64,000 nucleotides of DNA from Candidatus Aenigmatarchaeota archaeon (GCA_018304615.1 JAGVVV010000009.1:45160-109159); one strand, 5' to 3'. Shown: positions 51,696-60,193, numbered from the stretch's first letter. Numbers and translations are program-made. The notes: generated by a model from the sequence alone, not told the origin.

Positions 51696-52256
51696 CTATT
51701 GAGAAGTTGTAGTAGTCGTTATCTTTTCTCCGATAGAACGTTTTGCAGTTATGTCAACGAAACTGAAATCTGTCTTGTTTATAAGAACTTCATATTTGAA
51801 GACTGGCGAACCTTCTGATAGTCTCGCAATAAGTGAGGCAAGATCGGATTTTTGAGATGGGGTTCCGAAGTAAGTCATATTCACACTGCAAGAGAGAGGT
51901 TCACATCGAGGTATGTTTTCCTCAGCGAATTTAATGCAAAAGAATTTTCCAATGGCCATTGAACCAGAAGAGATGAGCACAGAAACTTTTGCTGGCGGTG
52001 GTTCGTCGCTTACATTCGAAATGTAAATAGCTGTCACTGATTCTGGCAGTGCGATCTTGTATCTGTAGATTTCTCCGACTCCTCCTTTGAAGCAGACGTT
52101 TTTGACTTTGAAATAAATGTCGGCGAAGTTCTCAATAGCTATTTCTTTCTGAGTAGAGCTGAGCTGGTCTAGAACAAGTTTGGATCCAAAAACTATTACA
52201 ATAATGGCAAGTACGACACTCATCACGATCCAAATCCATGCAGCTACACCCTTCAT
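51696..52256 (-). CDS. type IV pilin-like protein (candidate structural pilin; paralogue of the N-half of 56315-57466)
   Basis: 186 aa; MKG-VAAWIWIVMSVVLAIIVIVFG leader; KVKNVCFKGGVG...ALPESVTAIY...GKFFCIKF parallels TVNALCEGRPG...VFPDSVSIVY...GKFACLKF. Confidence 0.55.
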   Translation of the reverse strand: MKGVAAWIWIVMSVVLAIIVIVFGSKLVLDQLSSTQKEIAIENFADIYFKVKNVCFKGGVGEIYRYKIALPESVTAIYISNVSDEPPPAKVSVLISSGSMAIGKFFCIKFAEENIPRCEPLSCSVNMTYFGTPSQKSDLASLIARLSEGSPVFKYEVLINKTDFSFVDITAKRSIGEKITTTTTSQ

Positions 52257-52294
52257 ATGTATAATTTTGTTGCAGATTGTTATAACTTTAGAAT

Positions 52295-52756
52295 CTAAGG
52301 TTCAGGCGTGCCGACGAAAATGGCCCTTTCATACCCATCATAAGAAATCGTGAAGTTCTTATCACTAGTAATATACCACTTGACTTTGTCCTGATTTGGA
52401 TACCTCTTCGAAACACAGGAACTACAATCTCCAGATGTGCAATTGTTATTAGGAATGTTCTCGCAGTTTAGAGATTTGGTGACGTCAAATTCTGTAATCG
52501 TTGAATTAGAAATTATGTTAATGTTCTTGCAAACAGAAGATTTGGGGCTGAGACCATTTCTGTTTTGATCCCAACATGTCACTATGTAATTAGCAATAGT
52601 AGACGCGATTTTCTGTTTGTCTCCAGAAAGATTCACCTCAGAAGAATTTTTGAATCCACCGGTGAGTTGGAAGACTAGGAGTAAGAGAATCAATGCGACT
52701 GCTATTCCGGCAATAATCTGAAAAAATTCGGGGATTGTTTCGAGTATGCCTTTCAT
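52295..52756 (-). CDS. small type IV pilin-like protein, CW-motif family
   Basis: 153 aa; MKG-ILETIPEFFQIIAGIAVALILLLLVF; IANYIVTCWDQ; C-terminal ISYDGYERAIFVG. Confidence 0.55.
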   Translation of the reverse strand: MKGILETIPEFFQIIAGIAVALILLLLVFQLTGGFKNSSEVNLSGDKQKIASTIANYIVTCWDQNRNGLSPKSSVCKNINIISNSTITEFDVTKSLNCENIPNNNCTSGDCSSCVSKRYPNQDKVKWYITSDKNFTISYDGYERAIFVGTPEP

Positions 52757-52757
52757 C

Positions 52758-53309
52758 TCAAGACCATTTCTGTTTTAGATTTTCATATTGATGGGAATTT
52801 TTGCGCCTCAGCAAAAGAAAGACCAAAAGAATAACTGCGACAATCAAAATAGCTAGATAAATGTAGATTGAATAAGATGATGATGTCTGAATAGGTTTTG
52901 ATACGCCAGGTAAATCTTTTGAGAAAATTATTTTTGACTCGTGTAATAACTGCAATTTTGTCGCGCCTTCAGGTGCCGGAAGTCTGAAAACCAAATTCTT
53001 GCTGGTATCATTAAATTCAACGGGTTTTCCTGAAGTGGATATCCCATGACCACTGAAACCTATTAGAAATTCTTTCTCGAATAATACTGAATTGGAGTCT
53101 GATACCAGTCTTATCTTATATCCAGTTCCTAACAAGTTCTCTACGTTCGGAGTTCCTTGGGCTTCTCTAAGTTCATTCAGTTGAACTGAATCGTTCTTGT
53201 AAACGACGATGTCTAGAAGGAATATTTTCCCATAATCTTGGGCTGAGATAATCTGAAAAGAAATGAGAATGAAGATTATGAAAACACTTAATTTTTTCAT
53301 TGTCCACAA
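52758..53309 (-). CDS. type I membrane protein (Sec signal plus C-terminal TM), hypothetical
   Basis: 183 aa; MKKLSVFIIFILISFQIISAQD signal; C-terminal IYIYLAILIVAVILLVFLLLRRKN anchor. Confidence 0.5.
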   Translation of the reverse strand: MWTMKKLSVFIIFILISFQIISAQDYGKIFLLDIVVYKNDSVQLNELREAQGTPNVENLLGTGYKIRLVSDSNSVLFEKEFLIGFSGHGISTSGKPVEFNDTSKNLVFRLPAPEGATKLQLLHESKIIFSKDLPGVSKPIQTSSSYSIYIYLAILIVAVILLVFLLLRRKNSHQYENLKQKWS

Positions 53310-55261
53310 CCATCCATATAATCTTTTAGTTCATGCTCTTTTAACCATTTGTAGCTTCCGGCAGAATATTTTGTTTGTGCACCATAGCACATCATCCAGC
53401 CATCCTGATAACTTCCTGTGCATGCCCCTACGTTTGGATTCGGACAGTAACTGTCTTGCCCCACTCCCCTACATGCACATCCAATCATTGCGCAATAGTT
53501 TGGATTAGAAAGTGGAGAAGGATCACATTCATGACACAAGTTCTGAGAATGACCGATCTCGTGCAAAACAGTATTTGTATAGCTCGCCCAAGTGACGCTC
53601 TGGTCTGAAGGGATGTCTCTGGCTGCACCTATACACATACCACCGCTGCCGTCACATGATATCGGACCACGCTGGAAAAGACCGACGACCTTATTGTAAA
53701 CAGTTGCATATTTGCTTTTTTTGGCACAAGCTAAGACATTGTCATTGCAAAGGGGCCAAAGATAAGGACACGAAACACTACATTCGCCTGGTTCGACGAA
53801 CACTGCTTCTACTCTGCTCTGCGGATTTCGACATTCACTCAACGGACTGAGTTTAATAAATAAGTCGACGACTTTTTGAGCACTGGCTTTGAAGGATGCT
53901 GCCTGACCAGAGCTGTAATCTATAGGAACAAATAGTAATTTGTAAGTTTTTCTAAAGAAGCAATCCGTCCCGTTCCAGATTTTTCCTTCGGGACAACAAT
54001 GGCCTGAAGTGTCGCATTGAAGATTCGTCGCACATTGGCTGTTGCAGTTACATTTGCTCTTCTCTTTCAAATCTTTATTGACAGTACATCCGAGTGAGTC
54101 AGCTTTTCCATCACTTGGGCAGCAGACAAAATTGAAATCGCTGCAAGTTGTTCCTGCTCCAAGGCAATCTTTACTGCAAGACTGGCAGTTTTCACTGGCA
54201 GTTGTATTGCAGATTCCATTCCCACAACATTCAGTTCTTGGACCCTGAGCTCCTGATGGGCAATCTGGATCATTGTCGAATACGGTACAGGAAGGCGAAC
54301 ACCAGCTGTTGCAAGTCTTATCACAAACGAAACATTTCGAATCGGTGGTTCCGTTGGGATTTCCAGGATAAACAATTCCGTTGCAGTCAGGATCGCAGAT
54401 ATTTTTATCTTTTATACAATCCTGATCGCAAATTCCGTCTTTCACGCCGTTTGAATTTGGGTCACAAATACCTCCATACTTCTGCCTGAAAGTCTGGTCA
54501 GTCAACTTCAACCATTCGCAACCGGGGTCATAGGCTTTCAAAGGATTCAATCTATCTGAATAACAATCTGGATTGCATTTTCCATCAGAAATTCTTTTAT
54601 TGGAATCATCTATGTCAACCACTCCATTGTTGTTCGAATCTATGCAAGCAAGATTGCAAGGAATTCCATGGCGCTGGCCATCGTCACACACAGGATCGCA
54701 TACTCTCTTCAAAATGCAACTTGCATCACAGATGTTGTCTGTCGGATCGCAACCCTTGATGGCTCTGGCTATGAAAGTGTCTGGAGAAGGAGATCCCTGC
54801 TGCCACATGTCTACGAAATCAAAAGTTTTTAGGGGATAGTCACCTTGGTTTCCTATAATGATCAGTGCTCCCACACCGAGAGGCTTGGTCAGATTGTAAA
54901 AAATTAAATTTCCTCCGCCTGCGATACCTGAGAGTTTACTTATCCTGATTATGTCTTCTTGGGTCAACGAGAATGTGAGAGAAACATTTGCGTGAACGTC
55001 TCCGCACTGACCTTGATAGACAGCCTGAAGAAGTGTCTGGAAGTCTTGTATTGAAATTTCCTTACCAGCATATGCCTCGCAAATGTTGTAAGGGGATGTT
55101 TGAATGACAGTACTTACAAATTTCTTGAACACATTTCCAAGTTGAGTTGGAATCTGTGAGCCCAGAGTTAATCCTTGAGATTGTATGATGAGAATTGAAA
55201 CGATGATGATTACAAGAAACAGGGCTATAATTCCAATCAAGTTAATTGTATCAGCATCCAC
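53297..55261 (-). CDS. signal-anchored cysteine-rich protein with G-I-C-D-x-x-C repeats, EF-hand-like loop and metzincin-spaced zinc protease motif
   Basis: 654 aa; GTG start overlapping the upstream TAG by 1 nt; MDADTINLIGIIALFLVIIIVSILII; DSNNNGVVDIDD; GICDPNS/GICDQDC/NICDPDC; VLHEIGHSQNLCH (HExxHxxxxxH). Confidence 0.6.
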   Translation of the reverse strand: MDADTINLIGIIALFLVIIIVSILIIQSQGLTLGSQIPTQLGNVFKKFVSTVIQTSPYNICEAYAGKEISIQDFQTLLQAVYQGQCGDVHANVSLTFSLTQEDIIRISKLSGIAGGGNLIFYNLTKPLGVGALIIIGNQGDYPLKTFDFVDMWQQGSPSPDTFIARAIKGCDPTDNICDASCILKRVCDPVCDDGQRHGIPCNLACIDSNNNGVVDIDDSNKRISDGKCNPDCYSDRLNPLKAYDPGCEWLKLTDQTFRQKYGGICDPNSNGVKDGICDQDCIKDKNICDPDCNGIVYPGNPNGTTDSKCFVCDKTCNSWCSPSCTVFDNDPDCPSGAQGPRTECCGNGICNTTASENCQSCSKDCLGAGTTCSDFNFVCCPSDGKADSLGCTVNKDLKEKSKCNCNSQCATNLQCDTSGHCCPEGKIWNGTDCFFRKTYKLLFVPIDYSSGQAASFKASAQKVVDLFIKLSPLSECRNPQSRVEAVFVEPGECSVSCPYLWPLCNDNVLACAKKSKYATVYNKVVGLFQRGPISCDGSGGMCIGAARDIPSDQSVTWASYTNTVLHEIGHSQNLCHECDPSPLSNPNYCAMIGCACRGVGQDSYCPNPNVGACTGSYQDGWMMCYGAQTKYSAGSYKWLKEHELKDYMDGCGQ

Positions 55262-55821
55262 TAGACGGCCACCTCGATTCTATGAAAGAAAGAATTGTAA
55301 TTTATGAAAACCGAAGTATCGTTTAAATTCACTCTTCCACCTGTCCAATAGATTTTATTTTGTTTTCCGCAATCATAGGCTTGATTCTCCAAATCAAGCA
55401 AGTTGTTCTCAAGGAATGAGCAGTAACCTTTTGATTTGAGGACATCCGTTATTTCTTTCTCTCCGAACTCAGAAGGAACATTTTTAATCAGAATCTCGTA
55501 GCACTGAAAAGATATTCCTACTTTCCCACTGTTGGTTTTTTCCTTCCAGCACGTCCACACATAATCCGCAATCTTAACTCTCAAGTCTGAGCTTGAAGTA
55601 GGCCTTAAGATGACATTTTCTTTTGTAGGAGTGATGTTGCATTGAGATACAGAAGGTTTCAAAGATTGGGGTAGAGGGATTACAAGAATTATTTGATAGA
55701 GTTTGCAGATGGCTGGACCTGTGTAGTTGGGAAGAAACATGTTCATCGCGGTTAAGATTATCCAAACTCCCACTAGTGCAATCAAAACATCTGCGACGAG
55801 CTTGAATGACATTCCTTTCAT
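55261..55821 (-). CDS. small type IV pilin-like protein, CW-motif family
   Basis: 186 aa; MKG-MSFKLVADVLIALVGVWIILTA; IADYVWTCWKE; C-terminal INYNSFFHRIEVAV. Confidence 0.55.
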   Translation of the reverse strand: MKGMSFKLVADVLIALVGVWIILTAMNMFLPNYTGPAICKLYQIILVIPLPQSLKPSVSQCNITPTKENVILRPTSSSDLRVKIADYVWTCWKEKTNSGKVGISFQCYEILIKNVPSEFGEKEITDVLKSKGYCSFLENNLLDLENQAYDCGKQNKIYWTGGRVNLNDTSVFINYNSFFHRIEVAV

Positions 55822-56276
55822 GGAGAGCTCACTATTATTTGGGGACCTAACTCTTTGAATTCTATCTTGACTATTTGGCTGTTGAAGTTTGCGGTTATCG
55901 AAGTTCTTTTCTTCACATCAGAAGGTAGGCTGCTCAGTATTGTGTTAGCATCTGCACTGAAGTATGGAGGTTTTCTGGCTAGCAACAAGTAACAAACCGT
56001 ATCCTTCTGATCTGGAACTGGAAGATTTGAGTTGCAGCTGTCACAGCTTTGAATATACGCGGAGATTTCAGAAGATATGAATGAATCCTTCTCAATCGGT
56101 TTCTTATCTGGACAATTGGCCTCACTTGGGCAATTGAAGAACTTGCAAAGGAATTTGTTTATCGAAGTCTGGATGTCCCTGGAGAAATTCAAAATCAAAC
56201 CTATAATGACTGCAACGGTTACAAGTAGAATGATTATTCTGAAAACAAACTCCAGCGCGAGAGCTGCTCCCTTCAT
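55818..56276 (-). CDS. small type IV pilin-like protein (related to the CW-motif family)
   Basis: 152 aa; MKG-AALALEFVFRIIILLVTVAVIIGLIL; ISAYIQSCDSC; C-terminal VKIEFKELGPQIIVSS. Confidence 0.55.
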   Translation of the reverse strand: MKGAALALEFVFRIIILLVTVAVIIGLILNFSRDIQTSINKFLCKFFNCPSEANCPDKKPIEKDSFISSEISAYIQSCDSCNSNLPVPDQKDTVCYLLLARKPPYFSADANTILSSLPSDVKKRTSITANFNSQIVKIEFKELGPQIIVSSP

Positions 56277-56314
56277 AATTTAACTAAGGATTTCTTATAA
56301 TAAATTAGAATAAC

Positions 56315-57466
56315 ATGAAAGGTATCGCTGTCTGGATATGGCTCATAGGCGGGATAATTGTCGGAATGATCATGTTTGTTCTTTTTTTCCAGTTGATGAG
56401 CTACCTGACACTTAGCAGGGCAAGGGAGGATGCAAGACAGAGTTTTGATGATTTAACCAGCACTGTCAATGCTCTGTGCGAGGGTAGACCTGGTATTCAG
56501 TCCTCGAAGAAGTTTGTCTTTCCAGATTCTGTATCAATAGTTTATTCAACTTCAGATCCGAAGACGTATGTAGAGAAAAATAATCGTACTTATGGAAAGT
56601 TTGCTTGCCTTAAATTCCAAAAGGAGCAATTTTGCGAAGGAGTGAGTTGTGATTTAGAGTTTCACCCAATAAAGGCGGAGGAAAACCTTTTAGGAGTAGT
56701 AGACACCTTGTTAGGAAGATCAAGCTACCAAGAATATCTGGTGAAGTTGACCAAGACAGAATGTGGGGTGTCTGCTTTGAACGTTGGAGAAAACCCATCT
56801 TCAACATGTGGGCTATGTAAAACTGTATCTTTAATCAGATGCCAGACGTCAGTTATCTTGGGGCTTGTAAGTAGAGACGTCCTTGTCATAACAGACATGT
56901 CAAGACTGAAAGAATGTTGCACTATAGATAACAGTATAATCAAGTTACTCAATAATGCGGCAGGTTATCTTGGTGGAAAAAAGATTTTGATAGTTTGGGA
57001 ACTTAACCAGTATGATCCTTCCTCTCAATCTAAATTGCCTATAATAAATTCATTGAGCAGTTCTGGATTCATGGTCGGTTTCCTGAGGCACACAACTCAA
57101 TTGACCGATGACATTTTGAAAAATTACGATCAGCTCTGGCTTTTCCGACCAGGCTGGTGCCTCCCTCAAATAGTTGAATGTGGTGGGTCAGTAACTTGGA
57201 GCAATTCAGAAATAAATGCAATTGGAAACTTTCAAAATCGTGGAGGAAAGATTTTCTTGTTTACTGACACTTCTGCTGGAAATGTCCAAGACCAAGACAT
57301 GGTGAACAAGATACTAAAACAGCTGAACACGACTGCGACTGTCGATGGAACAACTGTGTGCGGACGCGGAGATCAAACCGTCATGACAACAGATATTACA
57401 AAGAACTCTGTAACTAAGGGTTTGGACAACTTTAACGTCACTGCTGCGACGAGAATAATTTGTTAG
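56315..57466 (+). CDS. type IV pilin-like protein with extra C-terminal alpha/beta domain; only plus-strand gene in the locus
   Basis: 383 aa; MKG-IAVWIWLIGGIIVGMIMFVLFF; N-half paralogous to 51696-52256; C-half KKILIVWELNQYD...YDQLWLFRPGW...GGKIFLFTDT (weak ThuA/GATase1-like impression). Confidence 0.55.
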   Translation: MKGIAVWIWLIGGIIVGMIMFVLFFQLMSYLTLSRAREDARQSFDDLTSTVNALCEGRPGIQSSKKFVFPDSVSIVYSTSDPKTYVEKNNRTYGKFACLKFQKEQFCEGVSCDLEFHPIKAEENLLGVVDTLLGRSSYQEYLVKLTKTECGVSALNVGENPSSTCGLCKTVSLIRCQTSVILGLVSRDVLVITDMSRLKECCTIDNSIIKLLNNAAGYLGGKKILIVWELNQYDPSSQSKLPIINSLSSSGFMVGFLRHTTQLTDDILKNYDQLWLFRPGWCLPQIVECGGSVTWSNSEINAIGNFQNRGGKIFLFTDTSAGNVQDQDMVNKILKQLNTTATVDGTTVCGRGDQTVMTTDITKNSVTKGLDNFNVTAATRIIC

Positions 57467-58044
57467 GCAATTATCACAATCTTGTTTTGTACAGTATCGT
57501 ACTTAATCAAAATCAGCCGCTGATCGTTTATTACATTTCCTGAAACTTGCCAGACTATGTTGTCACTCCCTCCGCAGTTCCCAGAATAGTCGGAGAGTTG
57601 TCCAGTTGCATTGATAATCTTGGAATTTTCAAGGACGTCGCAGCCATTTTCTCTTTCAATGATCTGTGTCATGTATGACTCTGTAACAGGTCCGAATGAA
57701 TCCTCTACAAACAGGTTGTAGCAGACAGTAGAATTAGTAACCTTAATTCTTTGGCCCTGCCAACATGAAATTGCAAAAGCAGCAATCAATCTTGCAAACT
57801 CTTCTTTGTTCTCTGCTGATTTGTCGCATCCCTGTCTGCAGATGGAAATTGATGTAACAGGCTTGTTAAGTCCTTTACATAAATCTGAAGTTTGCTTCAA
57901 TGTGTTCTCATAAAAGTAGCAGAAAGTCTTTTTCATTGTATCTGAGAACGGACCGACTAAGAACATTAGTAAGACGATGATTCCGACAATACCTACAGTG
58001 AGGTATCCGATTGTGTTTAATTCCAGACCTTTATGTCCCAACAT
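57463..58044 (-). CDS. small type IV pilin-like protein, CW-motif family
   Basis: 193 aa; MLGHKG-LELNTIGYLTVGIVGIIVLLMFLV; IAAFAISCWQG; C-terminal IKYDTVQNKIVIIA; overlaps the platform gene by 14 nt. Confidence 0.55.
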   Translation of the reverse strand: MLGHKGLELNTIGYLTVGIVGIIVLLMFLVGPFSDTMKKTFCYFYENTLKQTSDLCKGLNKPVTSISICRQGCDKSAENKEEFARLIAAFAISCWQGQRIKVTNSTVCYNLFVEDSFGPVTESYMTQIIERENGCDVLENSKIINATGQLSDYSGNCGGSDNIVWQVSGNVINDQRLILIKYDTVQNKIVIIA

Positions 58045-60193
58045 TTGAAATTCCTCCTAGGGTATCTGTGTCGAAAAAGCTTCCAGAGATTACTATCCCG
58101 ACAACAAGGACAATCGAATAGAAGATTAAGGCCATCATCACGCCCTTTCCTATCAACACATTTCTTGTAGTCTTGTCGAAACCATTCTTGATTCCGTTCA
58201 AGAAGTATGATAGGATGACAACTATTTCGAGCATGTAGATGCCGACAACCAATTGGAAGACCGTGGCAGGAATGACTTTTTCTATGCTAGCAAAACTTAG
58301 AATCTGGCCGAACTGGACGGTGCCGCCATGGATGAAAGAGCCTGACAAATTGAACGTTTCTTCGATGCTCTTCATGAATTCAGATAATTTTCCCAAAAGT
58401 CTGATTATGAAGGTAGCCATACCAGCTACGATACCTGTTATGAATGGGGCGATGAAACTTGACTGCAGTTGGATTGCAGCTGAAACTTCATCGAGCAGTT
58501 CTTTCAGAAGATTCTCAACATTCTTTGTTTTCATCAGGAAGGAAGAGATTGTTTTCGATGCAGTGGAGAGGATGATGGAAGACTTTTCAGCGGCAGAGAC
58601 GATTATCGACATGACATCTTTTATCAGGAACGATGGATACCTTCTCATCACTCCATATTGCTCGTCAAAGATTGCCCTTTTTAGTGTCATGCCGAGTTCG
58701 CGAATGTTCTTCTGGATGTTAAGGAAAAATATGAACATGGGCGAGTCTTGAAGCTTGTACTGCCTGTATTTGTCGAGGGTTTCTTCAAGAGCCGTTTCTA
58801 TAGGAACGCCAGACGAGAGAACGTCTCCCAAACGGAAAAGTCCTATCTGGAATTCGTCCTCTATGAGCTTGATGTCGTTTCTTATCTTCAGCCTCTGATA
58901 GCTGGAACCGTAAAAGTAAATCACCAATGCGAGACCCATCCCCCAGATACCGCTAAGACTGTAGAATGTGAATGAAAGAGCGTTGTCATACTCAGCTTTC
59001 ATTTCAAATCTCCATCTGTCAGCGAAATCAGGAAGGTCTTTAACAGCAAAAAATTTTGATGTCAGGACGTATAGATAGGTGAAAGTTGGGATGAGCAAAA
59101 AGAACATGATTATGAGTGAGATCGGCAATATAGGAACTAGATATTTTTTTCCTGAGATTTTCAAAATCAATTTTCCTTGAGGAGGGAGATCAGGATGATG
59201 AGAAATGTCTGGATATGCAAAGGCTCCAGGACGTTTTGCAATTGTCCTTCTAAGATAAAAATAATTCAGAAGGGGAAGGACGACAATATATCCGAAAATA
59301 AGGAATCCCGGGTTTAGGTCTTCGCTCAAGAATATAGCAATCATCGGGAACATGACCAAACCCATGATCGGAAATGTAATTCCCATTGTGTGAATAAGCA
59401 TTATCGGAGTTCTCAGTTCTCTGGAGTAGTCTTTCATTTTTTCATAAGTAGAATCAAGTACGAAATTAAGAGTCTTGTCAAGAGTCTTCTCCCTTGCCTG
59501 CTCGTTGGTCTCGAGAGCGAGGGCTTGGATGAGGTTCATGGCTTCGACGAATTCCTTGTCCCACAGCAGCCATTTTTCAATCTTAGAGCCGATTGCCTGA
59601 TTAATCGTATAGTATTTCCTTATTTCTACGTCCCAGATTATTTTTTTCAGATCTTTTCCTATCGGTCCTGAGGCATGTGCGGCTGCGAATCTTATCGCTC
59701 CTTCAACTTGGGGATTGAGTCTGAGATAGATTACCATGTATAGAATTACCTTAACTGTCTCGTCATTCGCTTTGATTTTTGTTACTGCAGACAAGTAGGC
59801 AGGATAGGTGTAGAACAGATAAGCGAAGATGAAAGGGAAGAAAGGTAAGAAATATCCCAAGAACGGAAATACTAAACTCAGAGGGATGGAAATTCCTAAA
59901 CCGATAATTATTGTGAATACTGTGAAAGAGAGGACCTCGCTAGGCGTCACATCGATGTCTGTGGTGAGCAAATGTTTCGACAAAGAGTTCGAAATGCTCT
60001 GTGGGGCTTGCATTTTCAGAGTTTTGCCCGCAAATTTGCATCCACTTACGAAGAAGCCTGTGAATCCGCCTTCGTCTTCAGGATGCTCCTCTTGAATGAA
60101 CGTCTTATAATCTTGAGAAATCCACTGCTTTGCCTCGCTTTCTACTTGCTCTTCAGAAGGTATTTTCTTGAAGAAACGGTCCAAGAAACTCAT
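58031..60193 (-). CDS. polytopic membrane platform protein, FlaJ/TadC/PilC-like (two T2SSF-type repeats)
   Basis: 720 aa; at least 9 TM; two cytoplasmic helical segments (AIRFAAAHASGPIGKDLKKIIWDVEIRKYYTINQAI... and RLGDVLSSGVPIETALEETLDKYRQ...), each followed by TM clusters, as in type IV filament platform proteins. Confidence 0.55.
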   Translation of the reverse strand: MSFLDRFFKKIPSEEQVESEAKQWISQDYKTFIQEEHPEDEGGFTGFFVSGCKFAGKTLKMQAPQSISNSLSKHLLTTDIDVTPSEVLSFTVFTIIIGLGISIPLSLVFPFLGYFLPFFPFIFAYLFYTYPAYLSAVTKIKANDETVKVILYMVIYLRLNPQVEGAIRFAAAHASGPIGKDLKKIIWDVEIRKYYTINQAIGSKIEKWLLWDKEFVEAMNLIQALALETNEQAREKTLDKTLNFVLDSTYEKMKDYSRELRTPIMLIHTMGITFPIMGLVMFPMIAIFLSEDLNPGFLIFGYIVVLPLLNYFYLRRTIAKRPGAFAYPDISHHPDLPPQGKLILKISGKKYLVPILPISLIIMFFLLIPTFTYLYVLTSKFFAVKDLPDFADRWRFEMKAEYDNALSFTFYSLSGIWGMGLALVIYFYGSSYQRLKIRNDIKLIEDEFQIGLFRLGDVLSSGVPIETALEETLDKYRQYKLQDSPMFIFFLNIQKNIRELGMTLKRAIFDEQYGVMRRYPSFLIKDVMSIIVSAAEKSSIILSTASKTISSFLMKTKNVENLLKELLDEVSAAIQLQSSFIAPFITGIVAGMATFIIRLLGKLSEFMKSIEETFNLSGSFIHGGTVQFGQILSFASIEKVIPATVFQLVVGIYMLEIVVILSYFLNGIKNGFDKTTRNVLIGKGVMMALIFYSIVLVVGIVISGSFFDTDTLGGISNVGT

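Noticed and set aside
43050-60193. Claiming the pilin locus is a compositionally distinct genomic island
   Set aside because: Spot GC counts (about 47 percent in the locus versus 43-45 percent in several core genes and 28-32 percent in the LAGLIDADG gene) do not separate it clearly. Cys/Gly/Thr codon demand alone would raise GC. This needs proper computation.
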